Shown: one piece after another, positions 23,785-34,554 of the stretch
How positions within the stretch are numbered: position 1 is the first letter of the stretch
How the letters are laid out: every line of letters begins with the position of its first letter
Assembly: GCA_963849135.1 (NCBI GenBank)
Contig: CAWKGF010000002.1
Span: 957,305-1,021,304 of the forward strand
Length of the DNA: 64,000 bases
Direction of reading: 5' to 3'
From: an uncultured Actinomycetes bacterium
GTDB taxonomy: Bacteria; Actinomycetota; Acidimicrobiia; IMCC26256; PALSA-555
Notes under the pieces: model-generated
Seen by the model: the letters and a program-made list of their open reading frames with translations, nothing else
Databases searched by the model: none
Told to the model about the DNA's origin: nothing
Position numbers and translations under genes: made by a program

Positions 23785-25686
23785 GTGGCCTCCCGCGTCG
23801 TCGCCGACCTGGTTGGACGCGTCCTCGTCGACCGGTACCGGCTCCTCGCGCCCATCGGCGCGGGCACGAGCGGCCGCGTCTACCTCGCCGACGACGTGCG
23901 GCTCCGCCGCCGCGTCGCGGTCAAGGTCCTCCAACCCGGCCTCGCCGACGACGCCGGGTTCCTGCGCCGGTTCCGCTCCGAGGCCCAGCTCGCCGCGTCG
24001 CTGCACCACCCCAACGTCATGGCCGTCTACGACTGGGGCGAGGACGACGGGCTGGCCTTCATGGTCGTCGAGCTCCTCCGCGGCGGCTCGATGCGGGCGC
24101 TGCTCGACACCGGGGCTCGGCTCAGCTCCGCGCAGGGCGCCGAGGTCGGCGGCAAGGTCGCCGAGGCCCTCCAGTACGCGCACGACCGGGGCCTCGTCCA
24201 CCGTGACATCAAGCCCGCCAACCTCCTCTTCGACGAGCACGGCACGGTCCGGGTCGCCGACTTTGGCCTGACCCGCGCCCTCGCCGAGGCGTCCTGGACC
24301 GAGCCGAGCGGCGCGCTGTTCGGCACCGCCCGCTACGCCGCGCCCGAGCAGGCCGGCGGCGGGCCCCTCGACGGCCGCGCCGACCTGTACGCGCTCGCCC
24401 TGGTTCTCGTCGAAGCGTGCACCGGCGAGGTGCCGGTCGTCGGCGACACGCCGATCGGGACGCTCGCCGCCCGCACCACCCGCGGGATCGTCGCCCCCCC
24501 CGAGCTCGGGTCGCTCGGCGCGGTCATCGAACGAGCGGGTCGTCCCGACCGGGCCGACCGCTACCCGGACGCGGCGACGATGGCCGCCGCGCTCGGCGAC
24601 GTCGCCCGACGGCTGCCGCTCCCCGAGCCGCTCCCGCTGGCCGGGCTCGGCGAGCAGGCCCACGACGCCGACCCCACCAGCGTCGGGCTCCGCCCGACCG
24701 GGGACACCACCGTCGCCGCCGACGCGACCCGCGCCGACGCGACCCGCGCCGACGCGACCCGAGCCGACACCGACCTGCCGTACGCGATCCCGGTCGCCAC
24801 CACGCCCCGCCGTCGGCTGCCGGTCGCGCCGTTCGTCGTCGGCGGCGTGATCCTCGCCGCGGTCATCGCGGCCGCGGTGCTGCTCCTGAGCGGCGGGTCC
24901 GCGGCGACGGTCCCGTCCCCCACCCTGGTCGGCCGCTACGACTCGGTCGCCGGGTCGACGGCCACGAACGCGGGCGTGCTCATGAAGGTCGTCGAGCGTC
25001 GCCGCGCCGACGATCCGGCTGGTCTGGTGATCTCGCAGAGCCCCGGCCCGGGCGCGTTCGTCTCCAAGGGCGGCGAGATCGACGTCGTCGTGTCCCGCGG
25101 CCCGCCGCCCGTCCCCGTCCCGAACGTCGCCGGCCAGTCCGCCACTGACGCGCAGACGATCCTGACCCAGGCCGGGTTCGTCGTCACCCTCGACCACCGC
25201 TACGACCAGACCGTCCCGAAGGGAACCGTGATCAGCACCACCCCGGCCGGGACGACGCGCGCGACACCCGGCTCGGCAGTGAAGCTGCTGGTCAGCGACG
25301 GACCGGCGCCGGTCGCGGTGCCCGACGTCTCCGGGGACACCTTCGCCACCGCCCAGCAAACGCTCCAAGCGAAGGCGTTCACCGCCGTCGCCCAGAACGT
25401 GTACAGCAACACGGTGCCGGTCGGGCAGGCGGTCGGGACCAGCCCCGCCACCGGAGTCCTGGCCCCGTACGGATCGCAGATCACCGTGCAGATCAGCCAG
25501 GGACCCCAGCCCGTCGCGGTGCCGAACGTGGTCGGGGAAAGCGTCGAGCAGGCCAGCCAAGCGCTGCAGGCGGTCGGGCTGGTCCCCGACGTCCAGAACT
25601 ACGGACCCGGCAAGCCGGTCCGCAGCGAGATCCCGGGCGCGGGCACGATGGTGAAGCAGGGCAGCTCGGTCACCCTGGTCCTCTGA
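23785..25686 (+). CDS. pknB: Ser/Thr protein kinase with four extracellular PASTA domains (PknB-like)
   Basis: Kinase motifs GAGTSGRVY, VAVKVL, HRDIKPANL, DFGL, APEQ. A TM helix VAPFVVGGVILAAVIAAAVLLL is followed by four PASTA-like repeats (PVPNVAGQS..., AVPDVSGDT..., AVPNVVGES...). Confidence 0.9.
   Translation: MASRVVADLVGRVLVDRYRLLAPIGAGTSGRVYLADDVRLRRRVAVKVLQPGLADDAGFLRRFRSEAQLAASLHHPNVMAVYDWGEDDGLAFMVVELLRGGSMRALLDTGARLSSAQGAEVGGKVAEALQYAHDRGLVHRDIKPANLLFDEHGTVRVADFGLTRALAEASWTEPSGALFGTARYAAPEQAGGGPLDGRADLYALALVLVEACTGEVPVVGDTPIGTLAARTTRGIVAPPELGSLGAVIERAGRPDRADRYPDAATMAAALGDVARRLPLPEPLPLAGLGEQAHDADPTSVGLRPTGDTTVAADATRADATRADATRADTDLPYAIPVATTPRRRLPVAPFVVGGVILAAVIAAAVLLLSGGSAATVPSPTLVGRYDSVAGSTATNAGVLMKVVERRRADDPAGLVISQSPGPGAFVSKGGEIDVVVSRGPPPVPVPNVAGQSATDAQTILTQAGFVVTLDHRYDQTVPKGTVISTTPAGTTRATPGSAVKLLVSDGPAPVAVPDVSGDTFATAQQTLQAKAFTAVAQNVYSNTVPVGQAVGTSPATGVLAPYGSQITVQISQGPQPVAVPNVVGESVEQASQALQAVGLVPDVQNYGPGKPVRSEIPGAGTMVKQGSSVTLVL
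24718..24768. repeat. In-frame 15-bp tandem repeat, ~3.4 copies (gccgacgcgacccgc), encoding (ADATR)n in the kinase juxtamembrane linker
   Basis: Read directly from the sequence. Copies are at 24718-24732, 24733-24747 and 24748-24762 (1 mismatch), plus a partial copy. Confidence 0.85.
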
Positions 25687-27098
25687 CCCCGACCCGGTCG
25701 TCTGGGCCTCGGAGCGGCGTCGATCCAGGTTCCAGCGCCGGGCCCGGACACGCCGGCTCGGCGCGCGCGGGGCGCCAGCAGCGCCGCGAGCGCGGTCGCG
25801 CCCCAGAGCAGCGCCTCGGCAACCAGGACCAGCCTCGACGCGATCGTCGTCCGATCCGCCGCGGTCAGCAGCTGCTCGTGGGTCAGGGGGCTCAGCACGG
25901 TCCCGACGATGATCACGCTCGTCGTCGTCAGCCAGGCCAGCCACATCCACGGCACCGCGGTCCCGCTCAGCTGCCGGCGCATGGCGCGGCCCACCACGAG
26001 ACCGAGCACGCTCACCGCCGCGGTGGCGAGCACGATCCCGACCATCTGGTGCCACACCGCCGCGGTGGCGGGATGGAACTGGTCCAGGATCGTCGGGTCG
26101 AGGCGCAGCAGCTTGCTCACCGCGGAGCGGCGGTAGTCCGACGGCGCGCCGATCGCGTGCGCGACGGCGAGCCACGTCACGCCGGGGGCGAGGGCGCCGA
26201 GCAGCCACACCAGGGCGAGCCGGCCGAACCGGTAGCGTGCCAGCGCCAGCCCGACGACGAGCACCACGGCCAGGAGCCCCTCGTTCTTGGTCAGGGCGGC
26301 GACGGCCAGGCACAGCGCCCCCCAGCGGAGCACGGTCGGGCTCGGACGGCAGGCCAGCACGAAGACGCACCCGGCTGCGAACGCGGCCGCCCAGAGCGCA
26401 TCCACGTACCCGTTCGTCGCGGCCGCGGTGCCGCTCGCACCCGCCCAGCTGGTCCCGTAGGCGGCGGCGACCATGACCAACCCGGCCAGGGCCGCCACCC
26501 AGGCGGGCAGGATCCGACGCACCGCGTACCAGCACGCGAACGCGAGCGTCGCGATCGCGCTGAGGGTCAGCACCGCGGTGACCAGCTGCGCCTGCTTCAG
26601 CGACTCGGTGCCGCCCAGCCACCACAGCACCCCGTTCGTCGCCGGGGCAAGCGGCGGGTAGTCGGGGTGGGAGAAAGCGAACACCGGGTTGCGCATGGCG
26701 TCCGCCACCTGCGCGCCGCCGGCCGCGAACCAGCGGGCGTGGAACCACCAGATCGACCGGGCGTCCCAGTCCACCGGGGCGCGGCGGACGGTCAGGAACG
26801 GGAAGAGCCCCGCGGCCGGGAACAGCAGCGGCGCCCAAGACTCCCGACCGCCCCCGCGCCGCGCCCGGAGCGAGCGCAGCACCGGGATCCCGGCCGCCAC
26901 GGACAACGCGATGGATGCCACCGCGGTGAACGCGACCGATAGCCGGAGCACGACGCCGACCGTCCCCACGACACCGACGAGCAGCGCGGCCGTGATCGGG
27001 GCAACCAGCAGACTCCAGACTCGCGAGCCAGTGATGAGCCGGGCCGGGAGGTAGCCGAGCCCGACCAGGGCCGGCCCGAGGACGATCAGGCGGGTCAC
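25599..27098 (-). CDS. Polytopic membrane protein, GT-C-like glycosyltransferase candidate
   Basis: From GTG 27098 (VTRLIVLGPALVGLGYL...) there are more than 10 predicted hydrophobic helices and a loop motif ALTKNEG. The 3' end is uncertain: the last ~50 codons are low-complexity and overlap the kinase 3' end. Confidence 0.55.
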   Translation of the reverse strand: MTRLIVLGPALVGLGYLPARLITGSRVWSLLVAPITAALLVGVVGTVGVVLRLSVAFTAVASIALSVAAGIPVLRSLRARRGGGRESWAPLLFPAAGLFPFLTVRRAPVDWDARSIWWFHARWFAAGGAQVADAMRNPVFAFSHPDYPPLAPATNGVLWWLGGTESLKQAQLVTAVLTLSAIATLAFACWYAVRRILPAWVAALAGLVMVAAAYGTSWAGASGTAAATNGYVDALWAAAFAAGCVFVLACRPSPTVLRWGALCLAVAALTKNEGLLAVVLVVGLALARYRFGRLALVWLLGALAPGVTWLAVAHAIGAPSDYRRSAVSKLLRLDPTILDQFHPATAAVWHQMVGIVLATAAVSVLGLVVGRAMRRQLSGTAVPWMWLAWLTTTSVIIVGTVLSPLTHEQLLTAADRTTIASRLVLVAEALLWGATALAALLAPRARRAGVSGPGAGTWIDAAPRPRRPGRGQRTRVTELPCFTIVPAPGISLRTGLPGP

Positions 27099-27487
27099 GG
27101 CCTGTGCACCCGGCGCACCATGACCGTGACCAGGTCGCAGGCCAAGCTGGTCCCCGCGATCGTCACGTCGTACTGCGCGTGGGCGCGGGTGGTGGGGTCG
27201 TCGCGCGGGTAGGACCCCTCGATCGCTCGTTGGAGCCACAGGACGTCAGGGGCGTGGACGTCGATCCGCGCGCCGGGCGGGACCTGTCGGTCGATCTTGG
27301 CCTCGACGCAGGCGAACGACTCGAAGAGGGCATTCGCCTCGGCCAGCGCGGTCGGCTCCAACACCGCCCGCGTCGAGGTCACCCCGCGGCGGACCTGCGT
27401 GCCGAGCAGCGTCACCGACGTGAGCAGGACGACGGCGAGGAGGACCCGGGTTGCCCACCCGCGGGTCCCGTCCGCCACCCGGCCCAC
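27095..27487 (-). CDS. Hypothetical membrane-anchored/secreted protein
   Basis: 130-aa ORF with N-terminal hydrophobic anchor WATRVLLAVVLLTSVTLLG. Its stop overlaps the start of the downstream GT-C-like gene (GTGA). Confidence 0.5.
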   Translation of the reverse strand: MGRVADGTRGWATRVLLAVVLLTSVTLLGTQVRRGVTSTRAVLEPTALAEANALFESFACVEAKIDRQVPPGARIDVHAPDVLWLQRAIEGSYPRDDPTTRAHAQYDVTIAGTSLACDLVTVMVRRVHRP

Positions 27488-27547
27488 GGTATGCGGCCCG
27501 GTGGACGGCGTCGCGGCACGGTCACGCCGGCGCGTCGCGTCGGCGCG

Positions 27548-28319
27548 CTAGTGGTGGGGCGGCAGCAGGTGTCGCTGGGCTCGGCGCAAGGTCTCGCGCG
27601 GGGGGAGGTCCCGCCAGGCCGCGCGCGCCCAGGCCGCGACCCGTCGAGGACCGGTCGGCACCGTGGCCGGTGACGGCGCGGACTCCGGCGTCGGGTCGGG
27701 CGGCTCCGGTTCGGGCGGCTCCTCGAACGACCCCCGGTGATCCCACCAGGTCCGCTCGACGACCGACCGCGCCTCGGCGGGGACGGCGATGATGACGTCG
27801 TCGAGGATCGTCACGTACCGGCCGCCGTCGGCTCGGAGCCGATCGAGCACCTGCACCAGGGTGGGCCAGTTGGCCGCCCGGTGCGGCGGCGGGGGCGGCG
27901 CGGCGAACAGCCGGGCGTCGTCGACGAGGACCGCGGACTGGCGCCCCGGCGGCCAGGCGGCGATCGCCGCGAGCCTCGGGCAGGACCGGGCACTCCGGTG
28001 CCGACTGGGCGGGCAGGTTGGCCATCCAGTGGCCGTCGAGCCAGAACAGCGCTGGCTCGTCGAGCGCGGCCAGCAGCTCGGGGAGCACCGCGTCGGACGA
28101 TCCGAGCACGAACCGCACGTCTGTCCCCGCGTGTCGGGCCCGCGCCGCGTCGTAGAGGGACTCCTGCACCTCGATACTCCAGACGTCGTCGAAGACGCCG
28201 CGCAGCGCCACGGCGCTCCCGCCCTCGTACGTTCCCGTCTCGATGGCGTGTCGGAGCCCGAGCGCGTCCCGCAGCGCCGTGCACAGCGGCAATGGCACGC
28301 CCCATCGGACGCCACCCAT
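27548..28319 (-). pseudogene. Putative SAM-dependent methyltransferase-fold protein (CmcI/TylF-like), frameshifted as sequenced
   Basis: MGGVRWGVPLPLCTALRDALGLRHAIETGTYEGGSAVAL...FWLDGHWMANLPAQSAPECPVLPE | LAAIAAWPPGRQSAVLVDDARLF...YVTILDDVIIAVP. The break is at 27974, where the plus strand reads gagcctc. Confidence 0.5.
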
Positions 28320-28415
28320 CGAAGCATCCTCTCGTGATCGGTCGGCGCGGAGCCTACGACGGACACGGCAGCGGAGTGCGAGTCGGGCGAGGCTAGGGTT
28401 CGCGCTCACTCGTCG

Positions 28416-29798
28416 GTGATCTGGAGCAGCAAGACAGCGGTGAAGGTGCGGGAGCGGCTCGGCCGGCTGGTGCACGTGGGCTTCGGCTCGACGTCGACGC
28501 TCGCGCTCGTGATCCTCGTGTGCGTCGTCATCCCCGCGTCGTTCGTGGCGATGCAGATCCACGACAATCCCCGGCTCGGACCGATCGACGAGGCCCAGCA
28601 CCTCGACTACGTGATGCGGGTGTCGAAGTTCGAGATGCCCCGCGCTGGGCAGTTCCTGACCCAGCGGGACCTGCGGATCATCGCGTGCACCAAGATCTAC
28701 AACCCGTACAAGCCGCCCCCCTGCGACTCGCCGCGCTTCAACCCGAAGGCCTTCCCCGGCGCGGGCTACCAGTACGAGGCGCTGCAGCCCCCGGCCTACT
28801 ACGCCGCGACGGCGATCATGCGGGCCGTGAACGAGCACGTGCTCGGGATCAGCAACTACCTGACCTCCACGCGGCTCACCGGGATCATCTGGCTGTGCGT
28901 CGGCTTGCTGCTGCTCTGGTTCGCGGGCCGGCTCTTCGAGGTGGACCGGTGGGGGATGCTCGCCGCGCTCCTCCTGCTCGCGGTGGCCCCCAACGTCGTC
29001 TACTACGCCAGCGTCGTGTCGAACGACGCGGCGTCGGTGTTCGCGGGCGCGCTGCTCGCCCTCGTGACCGGGCTCGCGCTGGCCCGTCCCTCGCGGGCGA
29101 CGCCGTGGATCCTCGCCGGCGCGGCGTTCGTCACCGTCGCCTTGAAGACCACGAACCTGATCGCGGTCGGCGCGTTGGCCCTGTTCCTCCTCGTGCGGCA
29201 GGTCCTCGAGCACCCGGACTGGCGGTCTCAGCTCCGCGAGAACACGGTCGGGTTCCTGCGGACCGGGGGCGCGCTCGTCGTCGGGGGCGGCGTCTCGCTG
29301 GTCGGCTGGCTGCTGGCCACCAAGGCCCTGGACCTGGTTAGCCCCACCTTCCTGGCCCGGTTCGTCGGGAACCCCTTCAACGGCGGGGCGACGATCGGGA
29401 AGTTCTTCGGCGAGACGACGGCGGTGCTCTCGCTCGTGACCGGCTCGACACCGCAGAACACCTACAACTACCCGATCCAGGAGCTCTTCATCGGGCTCAC
29501 CGCGGCGCTGTTCCTCACCGCCGGCCTGGCGGGCCTCGTCGCGAAACGGTCCTGGTCGACCGTGCTGGGCCTCTCCACGATGGTGGCGCTCCTCGCCGGT
29601 GGCCTGGGCATCGGCGTCTCGGTGTACCTGAGCACCAAGAACGACCCCCAGGTCGTCAGCCGCTACGCCCTCTGCGCGGCCCCGGTCCTCGCCCTCTGCA
29701 TCGGCAACGGCGCGCGCACCTGGATCCAGCGGCTCGGGGTCACCGCGGTGGCGTTCGGCATGTTCGCCTCCACCTTGTACGCCTTCAGCATCCACTAG
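28416..29798 (+). CDS. Polytopic membrane protein, DUF2142/ArnT-like GT-C glycosyltransferase candidate
   Basis: 460-aa ORF. An N-terminal TM helix is followed by a periplasmic loop with GPIDEAQHLDYV (the D-E-x-x-H type motif of this family) and about 10 further hydrophobic helices. Confidence 0.6.
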   Translation: MIWSSKTAVKVRERLGRLVHVGFGSTSTLALVILVCVVIPASFVAMQIHDNPRLGPIDEAQHLDYVMRVSKFEMPRAGQFLTQRDLRIIACTKIYNPYKPPPCDSPRFNPKAFPGAGYQYEALQPPAYYAATAIMRAVNEHVLGISNYLTSTRLTGIIWLCVGLLLLWFAGRLFEVDRWGMLAALLLLAVAPNVVYYASVVSNDAASVFAGALLALVTGLALARPSRATPWILAGAAFVTVALKTTNLIAVGALALFLLVRQVLEHPDWRSQLRENTVGFLRTGGALVVGGGVSLVGWLLATKALDLVSPTFLARFVGNPFNGGATIGKFFGETTAVLSLVTGSTPQNTYNYPIQELFIGLTAALFLTAGLAGLVAKRSWSTVLGLSTMVALLAGGLGIGVSVYLSTKNDPQVVSRYALCAAPVLALCIGNGARTWIQRLGVTAVAFGMFASTLYAFSIH

Positions 29799-29877
29799 CG
29801 CGCGCGGGTTCGCCTGGGCGTCGCCGATCGCGGTTGCGTACCATCCGTCGAGTCCTGACCGAGGGAGACACGAGACC

Positions 29878-30807
29878 ATGGGCACACTGGACGGTCGAGT
29901 CATGATCATCACCGGCGCCGGTCGGGGGATCGGGCGGGAGCACGCCCTGTACGCGGCGTCGCAGGGCGCCAAGGTCGTCGTGAACGACCTCGGGGGCGAC
30001 ATCCACGGGGAGGGCGCCGACCGGGCCCCGGCCCAGCAGGTCGTCGACGAGATCGTCGCCCAGGGCGGGGAGGCGGTCGCCAACACCGACAGCGTCTCGG
30101 ACTTCGAGGGCGCGAAGCGCCTCGTCGACCAGGCCGTCGAGACGTTCGGGGACCTGCACGCGCTCGTCAACAACGCCGGGATCCTCCGCGACCGGGTGCT
30201 GGTGAACATGACCGAGCAGGAGTGGGACGCCGTCATCGCGGTGCACCTCAAGGGGCATTTCTGCCCGACCCGCCACGCGGCCGCCTACTGGCGGGAGCAG
30301 ACCAAGGCCGGGAAGGAGGTGCGGGCCTCGATCGTGCACACCTCCTCCACGTCCGGGGTGCTCGGCAACGCCGGGCAGACCAACTACGGCGCCGCGAAAG
30401 CCGGGATCGCGGCGTTCTCGACCATCTGCGCCATGGAGCTCGGACGGTACGGGGTGCGGTCGAACGCGATCACCCCGATGGCCCGGACCCGGCTCACCGA
30501 GCAGACCCCGGGGCTCGAGGACCTGGTGAAGGCCCCCGAGGACGCGGCGACGTTCGACGCCTGGGACCCGGCGAACGTGTCGCCGATGATCGCCTACCTC
30601 TCCACGACCGACTGCCCGTTCACCGGGGAGACGTTCTTCGTGCAGGGCGACGTCGTCGCCCGCTACCAGCCCTTCGTGCTGGCCGAGGTCATCTCGAACC
30701 ACGGGGAGCGCTGGAGCGTCGAGCGGCTCATCCAGGAAGGACCCAAGCTCTCGCCCGGCGACGAGCGGCGGGGCGGCCCCGGGGAGCTCGGTCGGATCAC
30801 CGTCTGA
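29878..30807 (+). CDS. Short-chain dehydrogenase/reductase (MFE-2/hydroxysteroid-dehydrogenase-like)
   Basis: ITGAGRGIGRE (TGxxxGxG), NNAGI, and catalytic S...YGAAKAG. Confidence 0.85.
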   Translation: MGTLDGRVMIITGAGRGIGREHALYAASQGAKVVVNDLGGDIHGEGADRAPAQQVVDEIVAQGGEAVANTDSVSDFEGAKRLVDQAVETFGDLHALVNNAGILRDRVLVNMTEQEWDAVIAVHLKGHFCPTRHAAAYWREQTKAGKEVRASIVHTSSTSGVLGNAGQTNYGAAKAGIAAFSTICAMELGRYGVRSNAITPMARTRLTEQTPGLEDLVKAPEDAATFDAWDPANVSPMIAYLSTTDCPFTGETFFVQGDVVARYQPFVLAEVISNHGERWSVERLIQEGPKLSPGDERRGGPGELGRITV

Positions 30808-30825
30808 GCGAGACCGGCCGGCCGG

Positions 30826-31251
30826 CTACTCGGTGATGTCCCGCACCGCGGTCTGGAGCGCGCTCGCACCGCCGGGACCGGCGCCGCCCGCCTGCGCGGC
30901 GATCAGCTTCGCCATGTCCCCCTGGACGCGGACCTTGCCGGCCATGAACGCCTGCATCCCGGCTGTGGGGTCGCCCGACACGAACACCTCCTTCGCCGTC
31001 GCGTAGTCGGTCGAGATCGTCAGGTCCGCGTCGTCGACGGGGCCGACCCCCCAGTGGGGGCGCCCGTCCCGCACGCCGAGGTGGACGTGGCGGTCGGAGT
31101 CGAACGGCGTCTCGCGGACGGTGAGGTTGATCACCAGATCACCGGCGGTGTCGGTGCCCTGCTCCTGCACGAGCTGGTGCACGGCGTGGAACCAGTCGTC
31201 GGAGAGGAACGGGTACTTCGGCACGACATCCTCCGGGCGGGCTGGGCGCAT
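30826..31251 (-). CDS. SCP2 sterol/lipid-carrier domain protein
   Basis: 141-aa ORF. The C-terminal [28 protein letters not shown] matches the SCP2 signature (f..Gk.k..Gdm....l). Confidence 0.7.
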   Translation of the reverse strand: MRPARPEDVVPKYPFLSDDWFHAVHQLVQEQGTDTAGDLVINLTVRETPFDSDRHVHLGVRDGRPHWGVGPVDDADLTISTDYATAKEVFVSGDPTAGMQAFMAGKVRVQGDMAKLIAAQAGGAGPGGASALQTAVRDITE

Positions 31252-31310
31252 CGTAGCGCCGCGCTTTCCCGGAGCGACCGGTCCGGACCGGACCGTAGAC
31301 TCGGCGCGCC

Positions 31311-31610
31311 ATGTCGCGTCCGATCACCCGCGCCGATGTCGAGCACGTCGCCCGGCTGGCGCGCCTCGCCCTCACCGACGAGGAGGTCGACCGCTTCGCC
31401 CGCGAGCTCGGCGTCATCCTCGAGCACGCCGAGGACCTCGCCGCGCTCGACCTCGACGACGTCGAACCCACCGCCCACCCCCTGCCGCTCGCCAACGTCC
31501 TGCGACGCGACGAGATCCGGCCCTCCCTCCCCCGGGACGAGGTGCTGAGCCAGGCGCCCGCGGTCGAGGACCACCGGTTCCGCGTCCCGCGGGTCCTCGA
31601 CGCCCCGTGA
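31311..31610 (+). CDS. gatC: Asp/Glu-tRNA amidotransferase subunit C
   Basis: 99 aa, [34 protein letters not shown]...EPTAHPLP. It lies upstream of gatA with a GTGA overlap. Confidence 0.95.
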   Translation: MSRPITRADVEHVARLARLALTDEEVDRFARELGVILEHAEDLAALDLDDVEPTAHPLPLANVLRRDEIRPSLPRDEVLSQAPAVEDHRFRVPRVLDAP

Positions 31611-33028
31611 GCGCGACCGACATCGCCGCCGCGGTGCGGTCCGGGAGCCGCTCGGCCCGGGAAGTCATCGACGAGCACCTCGCTGCGATCGGGGCGCGCG
31701 ACGGCGACCTGCACGCCTTTCTCGCGGTCACGCCCGACCAGGCCCGGGCCGCGGCCGACGCGGTCGACGCGGCGGTGGCGGGCGGTGACGACCCGGGTCC
31801 GCTGGCCGGGGTGCCCGTCGCGATCAAGGACACGCTCTGCACCCGTGGGGTCGCCACGACCTGCGGCTCCCGGATCCTCGACGGCTGGGAGCCGCCGTAC
31901 ACCGCGACCACGGTCGAGCGGATCGAGGCCGCGGGCGGGATCGTGGTCGGCAAGACCAACTGCGACGAGTTCGCCATGGGCTCCTCCACCGAGAACTCCG
32001 CGTTCGGGCCGACCCGCAACCCGAAAGACCGGTTCCGGGTCCCGGGCGGGTCGAGCGGCGGCTCCGCGGCTGCGGTCGCGGCGGGCCTCGCGCCCCTCGC
32101 CCTCGGCTCCGACACCGGCGGCTCGATCCGCCAGCCCGCCGCGCTGTGCGGCACGGTCGGCGTCAAGCCCACCTACGGGCGCGTGTCGCGCTATGGGCTC
32201 GTGGCGTTCGCCAGCTCCCTCGACCAGGTCGGCCCGTTCGCGACGACGGTCGCCGACGCGGCGCTGCTCCTCGACGTCATCGGCGGGCACGACCCCTGCG
32301 ACTCCACCAGCATCCCCGAGCCGCCGCCGCCCCTCACCCCGCAGCTCGCGGCGGGCGTCGACGGGCTGCGGATCGGCGTCGTCGAGGAGCTCACCGACGC
32401 CGACGGGGTGCAGCCCGAGATCCACGCCGCGGTCGCGCACGCTGCCGCCGCGCTGGCACGGGCCGGCGCGACGATCGACCGGGTCTCGGTGCCGAGCGCC
32501 CGCTACGCGCTCTCCGCCTACTACCTCATCGCCCCCGCCGAGGCGTCCTCGAACCTGGCCCGCTACGACGGGGTCCGCTACGGGCTGCGCGTCGACGGCG
32601 ACGACGCCGCGACCATGAACGCCCGCACCCGGGCCGCCGGGTTCGGCGCCGAGGTGCAACGTCGCATCATGCTCGGCACCTACGCGCTGTCCGCCGGCTA
32701 CTACGACGCCTACTACCGCAAGGCGCAACGGGTCCGGACCCTCGTCATCCGCGACTTCGCCCGCGTCTACGAGCGCTGCGACGCGCTGCTCGCGCCCACC
32801 TCGCCGACCGTCGCGTTCCCCCTCGGCGCCAAGACCGCCGACCCGCTCGAGATGTACCTGTCCGACGTCTGCACCATCCCGAGCAGCCTGGCCGGGCACG
32901 CCGCGATGAGCGTCCCGTACGGCACCGGCGAAGGGGGCCTCCCGGTCGGCGTCCAGGTGCTCGCCCCCGCCCTCGGGGAGCCGGTCATGTTCCGGGTCGC
33001 CGCCACGCTCGAGGCCGTCGCGCCATGA
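31607..33028 (+). CDS. gatA: Asp/Glu-tRNA amidotransferase subunit A
   Basis: GTG 31607. Amidase signature KDTLCTRG...[14 protein letters not shown]...[12 protein letters not shown]. About 474 aa and intact. Confidence 0.95.
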   Translation: MSATDIAAAVRSGSRSAREVIDEHLAAIGARDGDLHAFLAVTPDQARAAADAVDAAVAGGDDPGPLAGVPVAIKDTLCTRGVATTCGSRILDGWEPPYTATTVERIEAAGGIVVGKTNCDEFAMGSSTENSAFGPTRNPKDRFRVPGGSSGGSAAAVAAGLAPLALGSDTGGSIRQPAALCGTVGVKPTYGRVSRYGLVAFASSLDQVGPFATTVADAALLLDVIGGHDPCDSTSIPEPPPPLTPQLAAGVDGLRIGVVEELTDADGVQPEIHAAVAHAAAALARAGATIDRVSVPSARYALSAYYLIAPAEASSNLARYDGVRYGLRVDGDDAATMNARTRAAGFGAEVQRRIMLGTYALSAGYYDAYYRKAQRVRTLVIRDFARVYERCDALLAPTSPTVAFPLGAKTADPLEMYLSDVCTIPSSLAGHAAMSVPYGTGEGGLPVGVQVLAPALGEPVMFRVAATLEAVAP

Positions 33029-33070
33029 CCGGCCACGGGACCGACGGCCGGGCGGGGAGAGGAGCCTGAC

Positions 33071-34535
33071 GTGCCCGTCGAGGACTACGAGGCGGTCATC
33101 GGGCTCGAGGTCCACACCGAGCTGCAGCACCACCACGAAGCTGTTCTGCGGCTGCGCCAACGAGTTCGGCGCCGAGCCGAACACGAACATCTGCCCGGTG
33201 TGCCTCGGGCTGCCCGGGTCGCTGCCGGTGCTGAACCGGGCCGCGGTCGACGCCGCGCTCCGGCTCGCCGACGCGCTCGACTTCCACGTCCCCGCCCACT
33301 CGATCTTCGCCCGGAAGAACTACTTCTACCCGGACATGCCGAAGGACTTCCAGATCAGCCAGTACGAGGAGCCGATCCTCGCCGACGGCACCCTCGACGT
33401 TGACGGCACCCCGGTGCGCATCGAGCGGGCCCACCTCGAGGAGGACACCGGCAAGACCGTCCACGTCGGCGGCGGCGGACGGATCCACGAGGCCGACCAC
33501 TCCCTCGTCGACTACAACCGGGCCGGGGTGCCCCTCATGGAGATCGTGAGCCGCCCCGACCTGCGCTCCGCCGAGCAGGCCCGCAGCTACGTCGCCGAGC
33601 TGCGCGGCGTGCTCCGCGCCATCGGCGTCTCCGACGTCAAGATGGAGGAAGGATCGCTGCGCGTCGACGCCAACGTGTCGATTCGCCCCGTCGGGTCCGA
33701 CGACCTCGGCACCAAGGTCGAGGTCAAGAACATGAACTCGCTGCGCTCCGTCGCCCGCGCCATCGACTACGAGATCGGGCGCCAGGCCACCCAGCTCGAC
33801 GCGGGGGAGCGCATCGTGCAGGAGACCCGCCACTGGGACGAGGCCGACGGCTCCACGCACAGCCTCCGCGTCAAGGAGGGCTCGAGCGACTACCGCTACT
33901 TCCCCGAGCCGGACCTGGTCCCGGTCGAGCCGAGCGACGAGGCCCGGGCCCGCCTCCGAGGCGAGCTGCCCGAGCTGCCCGCCGCCCGCCGGGCCCGACT
34001 GGTCCAGGAGTGGGGGATCAGCGACGCCGACGCCCGCATCCTCCTCAACGTCGACGGGCTCGCCGACTACGCCGAAGCCGCCGCCGCGGTGCTCCAGCGC
34101 GGCTCCCCACGCGACGTCGCGCTCTGGTGCACCGGCGCGGTGCAGGCGTTCCTGCGGGAGACCGGCGGCACACCGGCCCTGGTGGCCCTCGCCCCCGACG
34201 GGCTCGCGCAGCTCGTCGACCTGGTCGCCGACGGCACCCTGTCCCGCAACCAGGCCCAGGACGTCCTCGCCCAGTGCCTCCGCGAGGGGGCCCGGCCCCG
34301 GCAGGTGACCGCCGACCGGGGGCTGGCCCAGGTCAGCGACGAGACCGAGCTCGCCGCGGTCGTCGACCGGGTCCTCGCCGACCACGACGACGTGGTCGCC
34401 GAGTACCGGGCCGGGGACGCGGGGGAGAAGAAGAAGAAGCGCGGCTTCCTCATGGGACAGGCCGTCGCCGCCACCGGGCGGCAGGGCAACCCGAAGATGC
34501 TCGGCGAGCTCCTCGACCAGCGGCTCGGCGACTGA
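33071..34535 (+). pseudogene. gatB: Asp/Glu-tRNA amidotransferase subunit B, frameshifted near the N-terminus as sequenced
   Basis: VPVEDYEAVIGLEVHTEL then a frame change at ~33125-33128 to TTTKLFCGCANEFGAEPNTNICPVCLGLPGSLPVLN... (ORF 33198..34535 frame). Confidence 0.95.
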
Positions 34536-34554
34536 CCCCACGGCGTTGGGTCAG
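34532..34554. terminator. Candidate bidirectional hairpin between convergent gatB and the aldolase-like gene (CTGACCC-N9-GGGTCAG), embedding both stop codons
   Basis: The inverted repeat is read directly from the sequence. There is no clear U-tract, so its function is uncertain. Confidence 0.3.

Noticed and set aside
23665-26838. N-terminal ~1050 codons of the 1208-aa minus-strand ORF 23212..26838
   Set aside because: This stretch is antisense shadow of the PknB-like kinase and out-of-frame reading of the same-strand GT-C-like gene, with low-complexity RGRP-type sequence. Only the last 150 codons (23212..23664) look like a real protein.
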